This document shows positions 62,780 through 64,000 of a stretch of 64,000 nucleotides of DNA, piece by piece. The position numbers and the translations under genes are program-made. Numbering within the stretch: position 1 is the stretch's first letter; each line of letters starts with the position of its first letter. Source of the DNA: Sedimentisphaerales bacterium (lineage in GTDB: Bacteria > Planctomycetota > Phycisphaerae > Sedimentisphaerales > SM23-30); NCBI GenBank assembly GCA_963663805.2, contig CAXXMR010000009.1:32001-96000 (forward strand), written 5' to 3'. Under the pieces are notes generated by a model. That model did no database searches and was not told the DNA's origin. It saw nothing but the letters and a program-made list of their open reading frames with translations.

Positions 62780-64000
62780 TCAGGGCCATTGACCGGTTAC
62801 TATCTGCTGCAGGACGAGTTGGTCGGGGTCGATGGTTACGTGTTTGATTCTTAGTCTGTGCCAGGTATATACGATATGTACTAATCCGTCGTCGGATTGG
62901 ATTAGGGCGGGATAGGAATATTCGCCGGGTTCGTCCTCGAGGACTAGGGCAGCGTACCAGGTGGTTCCGTTGGTTGTCAGGGCGAGGTTGAGGGGTGTGC
63001 GAGGGCCGCCCCAGTTGCCGGAAGGGATTGAGCTGTGGTTGTATACGATCAGGTGACAGCCGTCATCTAATGTTGCCGCATCGATGCCAGAGTTGTTGCT
63101 GGGCAGGCTGGTCAGGTTCAGACTGGACCAGGAGTTGCCTTCGTCGAAGGAGAGGCTTTGGGCGAGGTTGTCTTCCTGAGTGCGGAAGATGGCCTGGAGC
63201 TTGCCGCCTGGGTATTGCAGCACGGTGGGTTGGATGACACCTTCGTAGGCGGCGTTATTGGGCACGGTGCGGGTTTGCCAGGTGGTGCCGAAGTCTGAGG
63301 TTATTTCCATTTGTCTGCTGGTTGAGGGGCAGAGGATGTCGCCGTTGGATAGTTCTATGGGTTTGTTTTTGCTGGGGCCCATGATTCCGGCGGGAAGATT
63401 GATGACTGCCCCGAAGGTTTGGCCGTTGTCTTCTGACACTCTCATACGTCCGGTGATGCCGTCAGTCAGGGTGCCGATTTTGTAGAAGAATAATACTTTA
63501 CCGGATGAGTGTTTGAAGATGACGGGGTTTACGATGGTGTCTTTGTCGGGGAAATGCATGGGGCCGCGGGCGAGGATGACCGGTTCGGACCAGGCAGTGC
63601 CGTCGTAGCGGGAATACCAAGCGAAAAAGTCGATATGTCCTTCGCAGGTTCCGCCGTTCCAGACTGCGGCGAGTTGGCCGTTACCGAGGTCGGTTATGGA
63701 CGAAGCGTGGCATTCGGGATGTTTGGGGATTTCGTAAATAAATTCGCTGCTGATATAACCGGGCTGATTTTCGAGATGAGAGCCGGTGGGGATGATGGTT
63801 TCGAGCGGGTCGCAGGCCCCGCGGATGTCGAGCAGGCGAGGCCTGTCGGTGGAGATTAGTATTTTGCGTATTTCGCCGGAGAAGAACTGCCCGAAGTTGG
63901 TCGCTGAGCGGTAGAGGCCGCCTATGGTCAATGGGTAGGTTGTGTCGGTCAGGGTGCCGATGGTGGTGGTGGCACGACTGACGATGCCGTCGAGGATGAT
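62780..64000 (-). CDS. LamG plus BNR-repeat sialidase-like protein, 5' end outside window; paralog of 59210..60949
   Basis: Frame open to the window edge; PECHASSI, Asp-boxes, LEDEPGEYSYP. Confidence 0.82.
   Translation of the reverse strand: MILDGIVSRATTTIGTLTDTTYPLTIGGLYRSATNFGQFFSGEIRKILISTDRPRLLDIRGACDPLETIIPTGSHLENQPGYISSEFIYEIPKHPECHASSITDLGNGQLAAVWNGGTCEGHIDFFAWYSRYDGTAWSEPVILARGPMHFPDKDTIVNPVIFKHSSGKVLFFYKIGTLTDGITGRMRVSEDNGQTFGAVINLPAGIMGPSKNKPIELSNGDILCPSTSRQMEITSDFGTTWQTRTVPNNAAYEGVIQPTVLQYPGGKLQAIFRTQEDNLAQSLSFDEGNSWSSLNLTSLPSNNSGIDAATLDDGCHLIVYNHSSIPSGNWGGPRTPLNLALTTNGTTWYAALVLEDEPGEYSYPALIQSDDGLVHIVYTWHRLRIKHVTIDPDQLVLQQIVTGQWP

Overview
Bacterial chromosomal window, most likely an anaerobic planctomycete (Phycisphaerae/Sedimentisphaerales-like). 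This is inferred from repeated C-terminal dockerin-like tags, a VPAPG-type PEP-CTERM protein, a DUF1559-type prepilin protein and many secreted glycan-active proteins. Core genes: guaA, guaB, tRNA-Gly(CCC), SRP RNA-dnaX-ybaB-recR, rpoN. Accessory content: an MCP-V4R-V4R-cysteine desulfurase operon; two glycan-utilisation clusters holding four paralogous GHL10-like TIM-barrel proteins, GH2, GH99/71-like and BNR/sialidase-like proteins; and a TRAP transporter. An island-like block (about 30.0-42.85 kb) carries IS630 and IS66 remnants, a double-SWIM SNF2 helicase with a helical partner and a 1668-aa permuted C25 peptidase, and ends in a 3' half tRNA-Arg(CCG) att scar. There is an intact IS66-family element with an 8-bp TSD and an IS4-family element. 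Several genes carry single-base indels in short base runs, probably sequencing errors. No CRISPR array or rRNA was seen. Family names come from motif recognition, not database searches.
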